Assembly: GCA_963720545.1 (NCBI GenBank)
Contig: OY970399.1
Coordinates: 2,592,001 to 2,656,000, forward strand
DNA from: an uncultured Acidobacteriota bacterium
Lineage (GTDB): Bacteria > Acidobacteriota > Vicinamibacteria > Fen-336
Reading direction: 5' to 3'
DNA length: 64,000 bases
The notes beneath the pieces are model-generated. The model searched no databases. It worked only from the letters and a program-made list of their open reading frames with translations, and had not been told where the DNA came from. Of this stretch, positions 17,327-29,837 are shown piece after piece; the stretch's first letter is position 1, and each line of letters begins with the position of its first letter. The position numbers and the translations under genes are program-made.

Positions 17327-17698
17327 ATGTCGCAGTCGCAACGAGGCGAAGGCCGCCTGTCCAGCATCATCTGGCTTGTCGTCTTCGCAGCCATTGCGTG
17401 GGCCGCGTGGAACGTGGCACCCGCCTACATCGCCAACTTCTCCCTGACCGACAAGATGAACGAGATCGCGCGCACGCCGCGCGGGCCGAAGGCCGACCAG
17501 CAGGTGCAGGACCAGCTCGCCAAATACGTCCGCCAGGAGCGCCTCGACGCCTGGATCGACCTCGACATGTTCAAGGTGTCCACGGTCGAGACCAACCGCC
17601 AGATCACGCTCGAGTACGACCGCGAGGTGCAGATCCTTCCCGGCTTCAAGAAGGTGCTGCACTTCAACAACAAGGTGGAGCAGCCGCTGCTCTACTAG
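17327..17698 (+). CDS. DUF4845-like protein with pilin-like N-terminal TM helix
   Basis: GGAGG RBS; 'QRG' plus hydrophobic helix; C-terminal 'LEYDREVQI...LHF'; position after lepB matches DUF4845 genes. Confidence 0.65.
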   Translation: MSQSQRGEGRLSSIIWLVVFAAIAWAAWNVAPAYIANFSLTDKMNEIARTPRGPKADQQVQDQLAKYVRQERLDAWIDLDMFKVSTVETNRQITLEYDREVQILPGFKKVLHFNNKVEQPLLY

Positions 17699-17707
17699 CG
17701 GGGCGCC

Positions 17708-19501
<1,794 letters not shown>

Positions 19502-19570
19502 ACCGTCATTCTAGTCGGCCTTGTGCGTATACTCCGCGCACCCTACCCAAAACCGGAGGAGTGCCAAATA

Positions 19571-20332
19571 ATGCGGACCCGCTCACTGCTCGCCTGCGTC
19601 CTCGCCCTCATCAGCGCCGCCTGCATCGAGGGCCGGCGCGTCATCCACGTGAACGCCAACGGCAGCGGCACCATCGTCGAGACCATGAAGCTGAGCGAAC
19701 AGGGCGCCGGCATGGAAGCCGCCTTCGCCCAGCTCGACTCCAAGTCCGCGGCCGACAAGCAGGCCGCGAGCGAAGCCAAGCTGAAGGAGCGCGCCGGGCT
19801 CATGGGGCCCGGGGTACGCTTCGTCTCGCTCAAGAAGAACGCCGCCGGCGCCGACGAGATCAGCTACGCCTTCGACAACGTCAACACGCTGGTGGTGGAC
19901 ATGAACCTCAGCTCGCCCGGCGGTTCCGAGGCGGTCGCGATCAAGCAGCCGCTGCGCTTCAACCTCGCCGGCAAGAAGCTCACCGTCACCATGCCGGAGA
20001 CCAAGGAGGACGCGGCCGCCGCAGCCGCACCGGAGAAGACCGCCGAGCAGGCAGCGCAGGAAGTGACGATGATGAAGGGCATGCTGAAGGGTATGAAGCT
20101 CTCGACCGCGGTCGAGGTGCCGGGCACCATCACCACCGCCAACGTGCCCTCGAGCGGATCGACCGCCACCATCATGTCGATGGACTTCGACGTCATGGCG
20201 AGCGACGACGAGAACATCAAGAAGTTCATGGCCGGAGCTTCCGACCCGGAGACCATGAACGCGAAGAAGATCCAGGGCGTGAAGGGACTGTCCTACCCCC
20301 CCGGTCCGCAGGTGGTTATCGACTTCAAGTAG
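19571..20332 (+). CDS. Hypothetical lipoprotein
   Basis: GGAGGAG upstream; lipobox ISAAC; 'HVNANGSG' start of the mature domain. Confidence 0.75.
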   Translation: MRTRSLLACVLALISAACIEGRRVIHVNANGSGTIVETMKLSEQGAGMEAAFAQLDSKSAADKQAASEAKLKERAGLMGPGVRFVSLKKNAAGADEISYAFDNVNTLVVDMNLSSPGGSEAVAIKQPLRFNLAGKKLTVTMPETKEDAAAAAAPEKTAEQAAQEVTMMKGMLKGMKLSTAVEVPGTITTANVPSSGSTATIMSMDFDVMASDDENIKKFMAGASDPETMNAKKIQGVKGLSYPPGPQVVIDFK

Positions 20333-20363
20333 CATGAAGCCTTCATTATCGGAGGCAGATTTC

Positions 20364-20948
20364 ATGCGTAAAGCGTTGTCGATCGCCGTCATGCTGGCTG
20401 GCCTGGCGCTGGTTTCGGCCTGCGCGAAAGGTCCGGCCGAGGCCGCCCTGAAGGCAGCCGACGCTGCCGTCGAGAGCGTCAAGGCCGACACCGAGCGGTT
20501 CGCTCCCGAGCAGTTCGCGGCACTCTCAGCCGAGAATGCGGCGGCGCACGAACTGTTCAACAAGGGCGATTACAAGGGCGCGTCCGAAGCGGCGCGCTCG
20601 ATTCCCGCCAAGGCGCAGGAAGTCCTGCAGGCGGCGCTCGCCCGCAAGGACGAACTGACCAAGACCTTCACCGAGATCCAGGGCGCGCTCCCCGGCATGA
20701 TCGCGGCACTCACCGCGCGCGTAACCGAGCTTGCCGGCAAGCCGCCGAAGGGCATGGAGCCCGCGGCGTTCACGGCTGCGACCGGCGCCGTCGCGACCTT
20801 GCCGCAGCGCTGGTCCGAGATCGCCGGCGCGTTCCAGGGCGGCGACGTGCTCGCGGCCGTCGACCGCGCCAAGGCCTTGAAAGCCGAGGTCGAGGGGCTG
20901 ATGACCCAGCTCGGAGTCTCTGCGGCGCCCGTCACACCCGCCGCCTGA
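20364..20948 (+). CDS. Hypothetical helical lipoprotein (DUF4398-like)
   Basis: GGAGG RBS; lipobox LVSAC; Ala-rich amphipathic helices. Confidence 0.7.
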   Translation: MRKALSIAVMLAGLALVSACAKGPAEAALKAADAAVESVKADTERFAPEQFAALSAENAAAHELFNKGDYKGASEAARSIPAKAQEVLQAALARKDELTKTFTEIQGALPGMIAALTARVTELAGKPPKGMEPAAFTAATGAVATLPQRWSEIAGAFQGGDVLAAVDRAKALKAEVEGLMTQLGVSAAPVTPAA

Positions 20949-20962
20949 AGCGCCCGTCACAG

Positions 20963-20989
20963 CGGCTCCCGCTCGCGGGAGCCGTTTTT
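20963..20989 (+). terminator. Rho-independent terminator
   Basis: CGGCTCCCGC-TC-GCGGGAGCCG hairpin followed by TTTTT, just after the lipoprotein stop. Confidence 0.8.
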
Positions 20990-21015
20990 CGCAAGCACTC
21001 CCGTACAATCGAAGC

Positions 21016-21849
21016 ATGAGGTCATCTCTGCGCCTGCTCGCCGGAGGCGCCGCGGCAGCCGTGCTCGCGGCTGCGCCGGCCGCGAGCGCAGCCACCGAAG
21101 TCGCGCGCCTGACACTCGTCGAAGGCACTGTCAGCGTGGCCGTGGGCGGCGCCGCCTTCGCGCCTGCCAAAGAAGGCACCGGCATCACCAACGGCACGAG
21201 AGTGCGCACCGGCCCACAGGCGCTTGCGCGTCTCGAGTTTCCCGTGATGTCGGTGACCGCAGGCGCCGACAGCGAGCTGAATGTTTCCGGCGCGGTGCTG
21301 TCACTCGAGCTGGCGCGCGGCCGCGCCGAGATCGCGAGCAAGCAGGCGGACATCGTCAAGGTGGTGGCGGCGCGCGGCGAGGTGCGCGGCGACGGCTGGG
21401 CCGTGGTCCGCCGCGAGGGCAATGCCGTGCAGGTGACGGTCGTGCAGGGCCGCTTCTTCGTCACCAGCAACGGCCACAACCTGGCGGTTGCCGGCGGCGC
21501 CGGCGCGGTGTTCACGGAAGGCGTGGCACCGCGCGCCGTCGAACTGCCGTCGCGACCGCAGGTGATCTTCCCCGGCGCCGACGCGGCGTACGTCGCGCAG
21601 GGCGAGCCGCTCGACGTGTCGTGGACGCCACCGGGCCGCTCGCACCTGCAGCTGCTCGCGATCGGGTCAGAAGAGGTGCTCATGGACCGCGACGTCGACG
21701 GTGCGAAGACGACTCTGAGCGTGCCGTGGCCCGGTCTTTACCGGTGGCGGGTCGCCGGCCGCGACGCGGCGGGCCTCGAGGGCGTGCCGTCCACCGAAGG
21801 ACTCATCTGCGTTCTCGATCGCCGGTTGGAGGGCAAATCCGGTCAATGA
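21016..21849 (+). CDS. Secreted FecR-domain protein with C-terminal FN3-like domain
   Basis: Signal peptide; 'VEGTVSV...GTRVRTGPQALARLEF...LELARGRA' FecR-like; 'GLYRWRVAGRDAAGLEG' FN3-like end. Confidence 0.7.
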   Translation: MRSSLRLLAGGAAAAVLAAAPAASAATEVARLTLVEGTVSVAVGGAAFAPAKEGTGITNGTRVRTGPQALARLEFPVMSVTAGADSELNVSGAVLSLELARGRAEIASKQADIVKVVAARGEVRGDGWAVVRREGNAVQVTVVQGRFFVTSNGHNLAVAGGAGAVFTEGVAPRAVELPSRPQVIFPGADAAYVAQGEPLDVSWTPPGRSHLQLLAIGSEEVLMDRDVDGAKTTLSVPWPGLYRWRVAGRDAAGLEGVPSTEGLICVLDRRLEGKSGQ

Positions 21850-23333
21850 AGGTAACGGCGACGACGAATAGCGGGGCGAAGACTCTGGGTGCGTTGCGGT
21901 CGTCGGGATATCGCAGCGAAAGCGTCAAGGACGAGATGCGGCGCAACCTGCGCCGCAAGCTGGCGGCGGGTGAGGCGCTCTTTCCCGGCGTGCTCGGCTA
22001 CGACGACTCGGTGGTGCCGCAGGTGGTGAACGCGATCCTCTCGCGCCACAACTTCATCCTGCTCGGCCTGCGCGGCCAGGCCAAGAGCCGGCTGCTGCGC
22101 AGCCTCACCAACCTGCTCGACGCCTCGGTGCCGGTGATCGCGGGGTGCGAGATCCACGACGATCCGCTGGCGCCTTTGTGCCGGCCGTGCCGCGACCGTG
22201 TCGCGGAGCGCGGCGACGCCACCGAGGTCTCGTGGCTCGGCCGCGACCAGCGCTTCGTCGAGAAGCTGGCGACGCCGGACGCGACCATCGCCGACATCAT
22301 CGGCGACGTCGACCCGATCCGCGCGGCGCGCGGCGGCCACGACCTCGGCAGCGAGCTGACCATGCACTACGGCCTCCTGCCGCGCGCGCATCGCGGCATC
22401 TTCGCCCTCAACGAGCTTCCCGACCTCGCGGCGCGCATCCAGGTGGGACTGTTCAACATCCTCCAGGAGGGCGACGTCCAGATAAAGGGCTATCCGGTGC
22501 GCCTGCCGATCGACGTCGTGATGGCGTTCACCGCCAACCCCGAGGACTACACGGCGCGCGGCAAGATCATCACGCCGCTCAAGGACCGCATCGGCAGCGA
22601 GGTCCGCACCCACTACGCCGGCACCCTCGAGCAGGGCGTCGCGATCACGCAGCAGGAAGCGTGGACCAACCGTGAGGTGGAGCTGCGCGTGCCGCGGCAG
22701 ATCCGCGAGGTGGTGGAGGGGGTGGCGTTCGCGGCGCGCCGCGAGAAGAAGATCGACAAGCGCAGCGGCGTCAGCCAGCGGCTGCCGATCTCGGCGCTCG
22801 AGAACGTGGTGTCGAACGCCGAGCGGCGCGCCTTGGTGCACAACGAGACTCCGGTGGTGCCGCGCGTCTCGGACATCTATGCCGCGGCACCCGCCCTCAC
22901 CGGCAAGTTCGAGCTCGAATACGAGGGCGAGCTGGTCGGCGCCGAGGCGGTGGCGCGCGACCTCATCCGCCAGGCGATCGGCGAGGTGTTCTCCGTCTAC
23001 ATGGGAGCGGCCGACCTGCGGCCGGTGATCGCGCACTTCGAGCAGGGCAGCTCGCTCAAGCTCGAAGCCGACCTGCCGTCGGCCGAACTGCTGCGGCGCT
23101 TCAGCGCGGTGCCCGGCCTGCTGCAGCGCATCTCGTTCCTCGGCGCGAGCGAAGCCGACCCGGCGCCGGTGTCCGCCGCCGCGGCCGAGTTCATCCTCGA
23201 GGGCCTGTGCGCCCAGAAGAAGATCGGCCGCAGCGACGAGCGCGGCTTCCAGGCGACCGAGCGCCCGGTGGAGATGGAAATCGACGTCGAGCGCCTCGAA
23301 CAGTTGCGGCGGATGAAGAAACAGGTCAACTAG
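21846..23333 (+). CDS. Mg-chelatase subunit I-like AAA+ ATPase
   Basis: ATGA overlap; GLRGQAKSR Walker A variant, NELPDL, FTANPEDYT.RGKIITPLKDR. Confidence 0.88.
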   Translation: MKVTATTNSGAKTLGALRSSGYRSESVKDEMRRNLRRKLAAGEALFPGVLGYDDSVVPQVVNAILSRHNFILLGLRGQAKSRLLRSLTNLLDASVPVIAGCEIHDDPLAPLCRPCRDRVAERGDATEVSWLGRDQRFVEKLATPDATIADIIGDVDPIRAARGGHDLGSELTMHYGLLPRAHRGIFALNELPDLAARIQVGLFNILQEGDVQIKGYPVRLPIDVVMAFTANPEDYTARGKIITPLKDRIGSEVRTHYAGTLEQGVAITQQEAWTNREVELRVPRQIREVVEGVAFAARREKKIDKRSGVSQRLPISALENVVSNAERRALVHNETPVVPRVSDIYAAAPALTGKFELEYEGELVGAEAVARDLIRQAIGEVFSVYMGAADLRPVIAHFEQGSSLKLEADLPSAELLRRFSAVPGLLQRISFLGASEADPAPVSAAAAEFILEGLCAQKKIGRSDERGFQATERPVEMEIDVERLEQLRRMKKQVN

Positions 23334-23342
23334 GGCAAGCCC

Positions 23343-24566
23343 ATGGCCCGCGCCGTTTCCTATCACCGCTACATTTCGGAGCTTTGGGACGACCTCGACC
23401 TCGAGAGCCTGGTGGGTGAGCTGTCCGACCACCTGCTGCAGTCGGGCTTCGAGTACGACGGCGAGGACTTCGACCCCGGCGACGAGGCGGCGCTGCAGGA
23501 CGCGATCCTCGACGCCATCGTCCAGCGCGGGCTGCTCTCCGAGGAAGACCTGAACAAGCTGATGCGCGACCAGGACGCGCTGGGCCAGTTCCTGCACAAG
23601 ACCATCGAGCGCATGACCCGCGAGGGCTACCTGCGCCGCGCCGAGACGCAGCCGTTCAACGACCCGACCGCCGGGCGCGGCGGGCCCGGAACCGGTGCGC
23701 CGCTGCGCTTCGAGATGACCGAGAAGACCTCGGACTTCCTCGGCTACAAGGCGCTGCGCGACCTGCTCGGCAGCCTCGGCAAGTCGTCGTTCGGCCACCA
23801 CGAAACGCGCGACCTCGCGACCGGCGTCGAGGCCTCAGGCCCGACCAAGGTCTACGAGTTCGGCGACACCCTCAACCTCGACGTCAGCGGCACGCTCCTC
23901 TCCGCCATCGCGCGCGAAGGCCTGCGCGTGCCGCTGAACCTCGAATACCAGGACCTGCTGGTCCGCCAGACCGAGTACTTCTCGTCGTGCGCCACGGTGG
24001 TCATGCTCGACTGCTCGCACAGCATGATCCTCTACGGCGAGGACCGCTTCACGCCGGCGAAGAAGGTGGCGCTGGCGCTGTCGCACCTGCTGCGCACGCA
24101 GTTTCCCGGCGACAGCCTGCACCTGGTGCTGTTCCACGACTCGGCCGAGGAAGTGCCGCTCAGCAAGCTCGCCTCGGTGCGCGTCGGCCCGTACTACACC
24201 AACACCCGCGAGGGCCTGCGCCTGGCGCAGCGGATCCTGGCGCGCGAGCGCAAGGACATGAAGCAGATCGTGATGATCACCGACGGCAAGCCGTCGGCGC
24301 TCACCGAGGACGACGGGCGCATCTACCGCAACCCGTTCGGCCTCGACCCGCGGGTCGTCGCCCTCACCTTGAAGGAAGTGGCGAACTGCCGGCGCCAGGG
24401 CGTGCTGGTCAACACCTTCATGCTGGCGCGCGACCGCGACCTGGTCGCTTTCGTCCGCCGCGTCACCGCGATGTGCCGCGGCAAGGCGTACTTCACGACG
24501 CCCTACACGCTGGGGCAGTACGTCCTCATGGACTACATGAACAAGAAGACCCGCAAGGTGCACTGA
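23343..24566 (+). CDS. VWA domain protein (partner of the AAA+ ATPase)
   Basis: MIDAS DCSHS, TNT, ITDG. Confidence 0.9.
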   Translation: MARAVSYHRYISELWDDLDLESLVGELSDHLLQSGFEYDGEDFDPGDEAALQDAILDAIVQRGLLSEEDLNKLMRDQDALGQFLHKTIERMTREGYLRRAETQPFNDPTAGRGGPGTGAPLRFEMTEKTSDFLGYKALRDLLGSLGKSSFGHHETRDLATGVEASGPTKVYEFGDTLNLDVSGTLLSAIAREGLRVPLNLEYQDLLVRQTEYFSSCATVVMLDCSHSMILYGEDRFTPAKKVALALSHLLRTQFPGDSLHLVLFHDSAEEVPLSKLASVRVGPYYTNTREGLRLAQRILARERKDMKQIVMITDGKPSALTEDDGRIYRNPFGLDPRVVALTLKEVANCRRQGVLVNTFMLARDRDLVAFVRRVTAMCRGKAYFTTPYTLGQYVLMDYMNKKTRKVH

Positions 24567-24588
24567 AGCTGCGGCGCGACTTCGCTGC

Positions 24589-26199
24589 GTGCTAGCGTGC
24601 CGAGCCGTGGCCTTCAAGTCCATCAAGGTGACGCGCGGCGCGGCGTTTGCGTGTGCGGTGCTCGTCGCCGTGGGCGGTGTGCTCGTCCAGAACGCCAACC
24701 AGCGCAACCCACGGATAGTCCACGGCCGTTTCTCTCTGCCGGCGTTCGACGCCTGGGTGTATATCGCCATGGCCGAACACCCGTCGGTCTTCACCGCCAA
24801 GCCTTGGGGGTACCGGCCGCTGGGGCCCGCGATCGCCGGCCGGATCGGCCGCGGTCGGCCCACCGCCGGCTTCCGCACCCTCACGCTCGCCGGCATGTCC
24901 CTCGCCGGCATCGCCCTCTACTTCTACCTGCGGCGGCTCGGCTTCTCCCCCTGGCCCGCGACCGCCGGCATCGCGGCATTCGTGGCGTCGCCGCCGGTTG
25001 GCGAAATCATCGGTGCGCGCTTCCTGGTCGAGCCGCCCACCGTGGCCTTGTGGATCCTGTTCCTGTGGGCCGCGCAAGCGGCGGCGCCAGCCGGTGTGCT
25101 CGCGGCAATTGCCGTGCTCGGCGTCCTGTCGAAAGAGACGTTCGTTCTGCTGGTCCCGCATCTTCTGTTCGTCGACCCGGAGCGCCCATGGGCGTGGCGC
25201 CTGAAGCGGTTCGGCATCATCGCGGCGGCAGCGATGCTGGCGCGGCAGGCGCTCTTCCAGGTGTGGCCCGACTACACTGGCGGCGCGTTTGGCCCGGCGC
25301 GCCTCCTCGAGCTGCTGCGGGTCTCGGCGCTCGCATGGCGGAGCTGGCTGCCGCCGCTGACCATGGGCGGGTTGCTGGCCGTCGCGGCCGTGGGCCTGCT
25401 GCGTGCAGAGGGCCGGCAGTTCACACGGGACAACCTCTACCAGATCGCGGCGACGCTGGCGCTGCCGTTCGCTGCGCCGCTCGGTAGCGCGCTGCCCGGA
25501 TTTGGTCTCTCGGTCTACGGCGCCGATTTTCGTCGGCTCTCCGTATACGCGCTTCCCTGGGTGATCGCGCTCGCGCTGCTCGCGCTCGGCGCCCGCCGCC
25601 GCGCGCCGCCACCGTCTCCCTGGCCGCGAGCCCTGGGTGCAGCCGGCCTGGCCGCAGCGGCCGCCACCATCGTCATGACTGTCGCGTCGCTTGACCGGTA
25701 CCGCCGTGCCGACCTGTCCGGGCCGCGAGACGGCGCGTTGACGCTCGCGGCCTGCCGCGAAAGCTTGCGGGTCGCGCGGCTTCTCGAAGCGGGCCGCCCG
25801 TTCTCGTACGACTTCATGACCCAGGGGCTCGAAAGCTTCGCGGCCGAGCCAGCGCGCCTCGGCGAGGCGCGCTGGTTCCTGCGCGACGGCTTCGGCATCC
25901 GCGAAGAGAAAGCGACGGGCACCGCCGTGCTGCGCGAACCCGCGGCGAGCCTGCTGGTGCCGGTGCTGACGCCGAGGGACGTATTGCTGACGCTCGTGTT
26001 CACGGCGCCGCCGCAGGAACCGATTGGTGTCTCGCTCAACGGCCGCGAGCTGGGCAGCCTCAGCGCCGCGGACGCGAACGATCCCGCCGCCGCCGCGATC
26101 ACGCTGCCGAAGAGCGCCCTGTACCGCGGCGACAACGTGGTCACGCTGCTGCGCGGCGCGCAGCAGGCAGCCGCCATCCGCAAGCTATCGCTGCGTTAG
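24589..26199 (+). CDS. Polytopic membrane protein, GT-C-like, with C-terminal soluble domain (start uncertain)
   Basis: Many TM helices; 'FDAWVYIAMAE', 'PWGYRPL', 'KET' motifs. Confidence 0.6.
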   Translation: MLACRAVAFKSIKVTRGAAFACAVLVAVGGVLVQNANQRNPRIVHGRFSLPAFDAWVYIAMAEHPSVFTAKPWGYRPLGPAIAGRIGRGRPTAGFRTLTLAGMSLAGIALYFYLRRLGFSPWPATAGIAAFVASPPVGEIIGARFLVEPPTVALWILFLWAAQAAAPAGVLAAIAVLGVLSKETFVLLVPHLLFVDPERPWAWRLKRFGIIAAAAMLARQALFQVWPDYTGGAFGPARLLELLRVSALAWRSWLPPLTMGGLLAVAAVGLLRAEGRQFTRDNLYQIAATLALPFAAPLGSALPGFGLSVYGADFRRLSVYALPWVIALALLALGARRRAPPPSPWPRALGAAGLAAAAATIVMTVASLDRYRRADLSGPRDGALTLAACRESLRVARLLEAGRPFSYDFMTQGLESFAAEPARLGEARWFLRDGFGIREEKATGTAVLREPAASLLVPVLTPRDVLLTLVFTAPPQEPIGVSLNGRELGSLSAADANDPAAAAITLPKSALYRGDNVVTLLRGAQQAAAIRKLSLR

Positions 26200-26603
26200 C
26201 GCTTCTTCGCGCGCTTCCTGGCGGCTTGCAGCGCCCGCGGCTTGCCGGCGACAACCCGCTGCGCCTTCGGGCGCGGGTGCTTCGCTTCGTACACGCCCAG
26301 GGTGCCGCCGCCGGGAAGGCTCACCCTCGTCAGCAGGCCCCAGCGCAGGTCCTGCACCGGGCTGCACGAAACGCCGCGCTTGCCCATGTTCGTGAGGAAC
26401 GTCTTGATGTCGTCGCACAGCAGGTAGAACTCATGGACGTCGTTCTTGTCGCCAGGATGCACGGCGACTTCGGCGGGCGGCAAGCCAAAGATCAACCACC
26501 CATGGCCCGCGTCCACATGCGGCAACGTGAGCACGTCGCGCAGGAAGCTGCGATCCGCCTCGGGATCCTTGCTGTAGACGATCGAATGAGCGCCGACGAT
26601 CAT
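26196..26603 (-). CDS. VOC/glyoxalase-family protein
   Basis: GGAGG RBS; MIVGAHSIVYSKDPEADRSFLRDVL...GWLIFGLPPAEVAVHP...LPGGG.LGVYE. Confidence 0.85.
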   Translation of the reverse strand: MIVGAHSIVYSKDPEADRSFLRDVLTLPHVDAGHGWLIFGLPPAEVAVHPGDKNDVHEFYLLCDDIKTFLTNMGKRGVSCSPVQDLRWGLLTRVSLPGGGTLGVYEAKHPRPKAQRVVAGKPRALQAARKRAKKR

Positions 26604-26616
26604 TGTTCCTCCCTGC

Positions 26617-27814
26617 TCAGCGGCCAGCCGGGCATGGCCAGCCCTCCTTGACGATGTCGCCAGCGAGCTGTTCGCCGACGATGCGGTTGCCCTCCGCGTT
26701 CCAGTGCAGGTCGCGTGTGTAGTAGGCGGGCCGCGCGCCCGAATCGGCGGCATGCAGCGCATCGCGCGCGTCGAGGAGCGGCACGCCGAGCGGCGCCAGG
26801 ACCTGGCCGAGCCGCTCGACCACCGCTTCGCGCCGCCAGCGCCGGCCCCAGTCGTAACGCTCGCGGGTCAGGTCCCAGACGGCGTCGTTCACCTCGAAGC
26901 GCGCCGGCACGTAGAGCGTCATTAGCCGGGCATCGTGGGCGCGCACCTCCTGCGTCGAGCGCTCGCAGGATGGCGCCGGTGCGCTCCCACATGTCGGCCA
27001 CTTCCTTGTTGTTGGCTGGGCCGAACGGCCACAGCTCACGCGACGGATCCTTGCCGGCGCGCTGCACCAGGCCGAGGCTCGCCAGGAACTCGTGCAATCG
27101 CGGCGCCGAGTCGATGGTGCGGTCGGAGAGCAGGCGCAGCGCGAACGAGCCGCGCCACGGCGACGGCACCATCTGCTCCGGTGCCACCGGCGGCGGCTCC
27201 TTGAGCGGCAGGTTGGCGGGCACGATCTTCTCGCCGTCCACGTAGAACATCGGCTTGGGGCGGTTGGTGCCGAGGTTGTTGCGCGTGTTGTGGTAGAGAT
27301 CGTTCGAATAGAAGAAGAGCAGCACCAGATCGGCGCCGTAGCGGCTGCCTTCGTCGCGGTAGAACAGGTACTCCTGGTCGGTGCTGTAGCCGAGCGTGCC
27401 GCCGTTGATGACCTCGACCGGACCGCAGCCGCGGGCGTTCAGTGTGCGCTCGAGCACCGCGCGCGCGGTCTGGTCCTCCTCGGCGTAATACCCCTCGGCG
27501 AACGAGTCGCCGAGGATCAGGATGCGCCTGACACCTTGCGGCACGGGGTAGTCGCGCTCGGGGCCGCGCAGGCCCTTCGAGTTGAAGGCGATCTCGACGT
27601 CGTACTCGGCGCGCCGTATGCGCCGCTTCACTCCCGGGTTCTTGTCCCAGCCGAGCACCGGGTTGAACCGGCCCATCGGCTCCAGTTCGCCGTGAGGGTC
27701 GACGTAGACGCGCTTGATGTACCAGCGCGCGGCGCCTTCGAGGAGGGCTGCCACCAGGCCGAAAGAAACGACAAGCAGCAGCAAGTTGAGCGCGATGGCG
27801 CGCAGCCGGCTCAT
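26617..27814 (-). CDS. SGNH/GDSL hydrolase-family protein with apparent 1-nt frameshift near 26955
   Basis: N-terminal TM, LGDSF, NGGTLGY, FYSND in one frame; DLHWN (DxH) in the other. Removing one base joins ILRAL to AQEVRAHD. Confidence 0.8.
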
Positions 27815-27872
27815 GTGCCGATCAAGTTAGCACACGGCGCGAAACCCGCGCCGCCGCTTAGAATCGCAGTCC

Positions 27873-29837
27873 TTGAACGGGACGAGCGCTTCACGCTGGA
27901 CGATGCCGATCGCGCGCACGGCGCTCTGCGGCGCCATCGCCGCGCTTGCCTGGTGGCTCCCGCCGCTGCGCGCGGCGGCCGTTTCGCTCGAGCCCGCGGT
28001 TGGCCCGGGCCTTTTTCTCATCGGGCTCGCCGGCGGCATCGCAGCACTCCTGGGCCGGCCGGCGCGCGGCCTGCAAGCGCGCATCCTGCGCATCGGCGGA
28101 CGCCACGGGTTGTGGCTTTGCGCCGCCTTGTTCCTGCTGCCGCTCTGGAGCCAGTGGTCGAGCCAGCCGCCCAGTGCCGTGAGCGCGCATACGGCGCTCT
28201 TCGGCGTGCTGCCGTGGGGCGATGCGACCGGCCACTACGAAGGCGGCGTGCGCCTCCTGGAGGAAGGCGAGTTCCGCACCTACAGCGCGCGCCGCCCACT
28301 GCACGCCTGCTGGCTGGCATTCCGCCTCGCGCTCGGCCGCGGCAGTGTGCCCTTCGCACTCGCGTTCCAGGCGCTGCTGCTGGGCGCCGCGGCGTTCCTG
28401 CTGTCGCGGTCGCTGGCACTGCGCTTCGGCGCCTGGCCTTCGGTCGCAGTGCTCGGTGCTTGTTACGCGCTCTCGCGTGATTACACACCGGCGGTGCTCA
28501 CCGAACCGATCGGCATCGTCTTCGGCTGTCTTGCGGCCGCTATCCTGCTCACCGCCCGCGCGCGGCGCGACCTCGGCACGCTGGCGCTCGGATTCTTCGC
28601 GCTCGAGATGGGCTTGCGCGCCCGGCCCGGCGCGCAGTTCCTGCTGCCGGCGCTCGCCGTTTGGGGCGTCGCGGCGTTTCCCGGGCGGCGCCTCAAGGCA
28701 GCGGGGGTCGTGGCTGCGGTGTTCCTGGCGGGCAGCCTGCACACCATGCTGCTGAACCAGCTCTACAGTTCGGGCGAAGCCACCTTCACGAGTCACGTCG
28801 CGCGCACTCTTTACGGGCTCGCCCGCGGCGGCAACTACGAACAGGCCGATGCCGACCTTGGCGCCGATGACACAAGGCCTGAGGCCGAGCAGGCGAGCGG
28901 CGTGTGGCGAGCGGCATTCGCCGAGATCGCGTCGCACCCGTCGGTCTTCCTGGGGTCGCTCGGGCACAACGAGTCGCGCTTCCTCTCGAAGACGCCGGTG
29001 ACGCTGAGCCAGGCGCTGAGCCCGCGGTGGCTGCTGCAGACGGCCGACGAGCGCATGCGGCCGACGTCCGCCGAGATCCGCCGCGACTACTGGTGGGGCG
29101 GGGCGCTGCTGCTGCTGGCCGCGGCATTGGCGGTGCTGCACCTCGCGCGCCGCGACCGCGCCAGCGCACTCTTCTGGGCGCTGGCGGCGGCCGGGGTGCT
29201 GGCGTCGGCGCCGTTCATCTACAGCGACACCGGTTTTCGCGCGCTCGCCCCGAGCTACCCGTTCATCGCAGCGTTCCTCGCCCTGGGCGCCGTGTCGAGA
29301 GTACGAGCACACCCGCAGGCGCAATCGCTGGACCACGCGGAGCGGACGTTGGTGCGCGCGTCGGGCGGCATCGCGCTTGCCGTCGCGGTGGTGGCCGCTA
29401 TCGGCCCGATGGCCGTGCGGCCGTTGTGGCCGCGAATGTCGTCGGGTGGAGCAGCGGCGGTCGAGGCGCTCGTGGACCTGCGCACGGCGCCGCTCGTGGT
29501 GATTCGCAATCCGCTGGAGGCCGCCGACTACGGCCGGCTGCGCACGCTCGACCGCCCCGACTTCCTGCGCCTCGTGCGCTACGCCGACCTCAAGGGCGAG
29601 CTGGGCCCGCTCACCCAGCGGCGCCCGCCGTTCGCGGTGCTGTCCTGCTACGAGAAGCGCAGCACCCGTGTCCACGTCTACGTCGCGCCCATCGAGATGG
29701 CGCAGGCGGGCGGCGTCGTCGCCATCACGGCGACGCCCTTCCCCGGCGACGGCAGCGAACAGTTCGAAGAGATCACGTCCTGGCACGTCATCGACGGATT
29801 GGCAGCAGTTCGCGTCCAATCCGTCGATTTCCGTTAG
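27873..29837 (+). CDS. Polytopic membrane protein, GT-C-like
   Basis: Many TM helices; 'PWGDATGHY', 'RRPL', 'LTEP' motifs; last codons are encoded by the downstream repeat. Confidence 0.6.
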   Translation: MNGTSASRWTMPIARTALCGAIAALAWWLPPLRAAAVSLEPAVGPGLFLIGLAGGIAALLGRPARGLQARILRIGGRHGLWLCAALFLLPLWSQWSSQPPSAVSAHTALFGVLPWGDATGHYEGGVRLLEEGEFRTYSARRPLHACWLAFRLALGRGSVPFALAFQALLLGAAAFLLSRSLALRFGAWPSVAVLGACYALSRDYTPAVLTEPIGIVFGCLAAAILLTARARRDLGTLALGFFALEMGLRARPGAQFLLPALAVWGVAAFPGRRLKAAGVVAAVFLAGSLHTMLLNQLYSSGEATFTSHVARTLYGLARGGNYEQADADLGADDTRPEAEQASGVWRAAFAEIASHPSVFLGSLGHNESRFLSKTPVTLSQALSPRWLLQTADERMRPTSAEIRRDYWWGGALLLLAAALAVLHLARRDRASALFWALAAAGVLASAPFIYSDTGFRALAPSYPFIAAFLALGAVSRVRAHPQAQSLDHAERTLVRASGGIALAVAVVAAIGPMAVRPLWPRMSSGGAAAVEALVDLRTAPLVVIRNPLEAADYGRLRTLDRPDFLRLVRYADLKGELGPLTQRRPPFAVLSCYEKRSTRVHVYVAPIEMAQAGGVVAITATPFPGDGSEQFEEITSWHVIDGLAAVRVQSVDFR

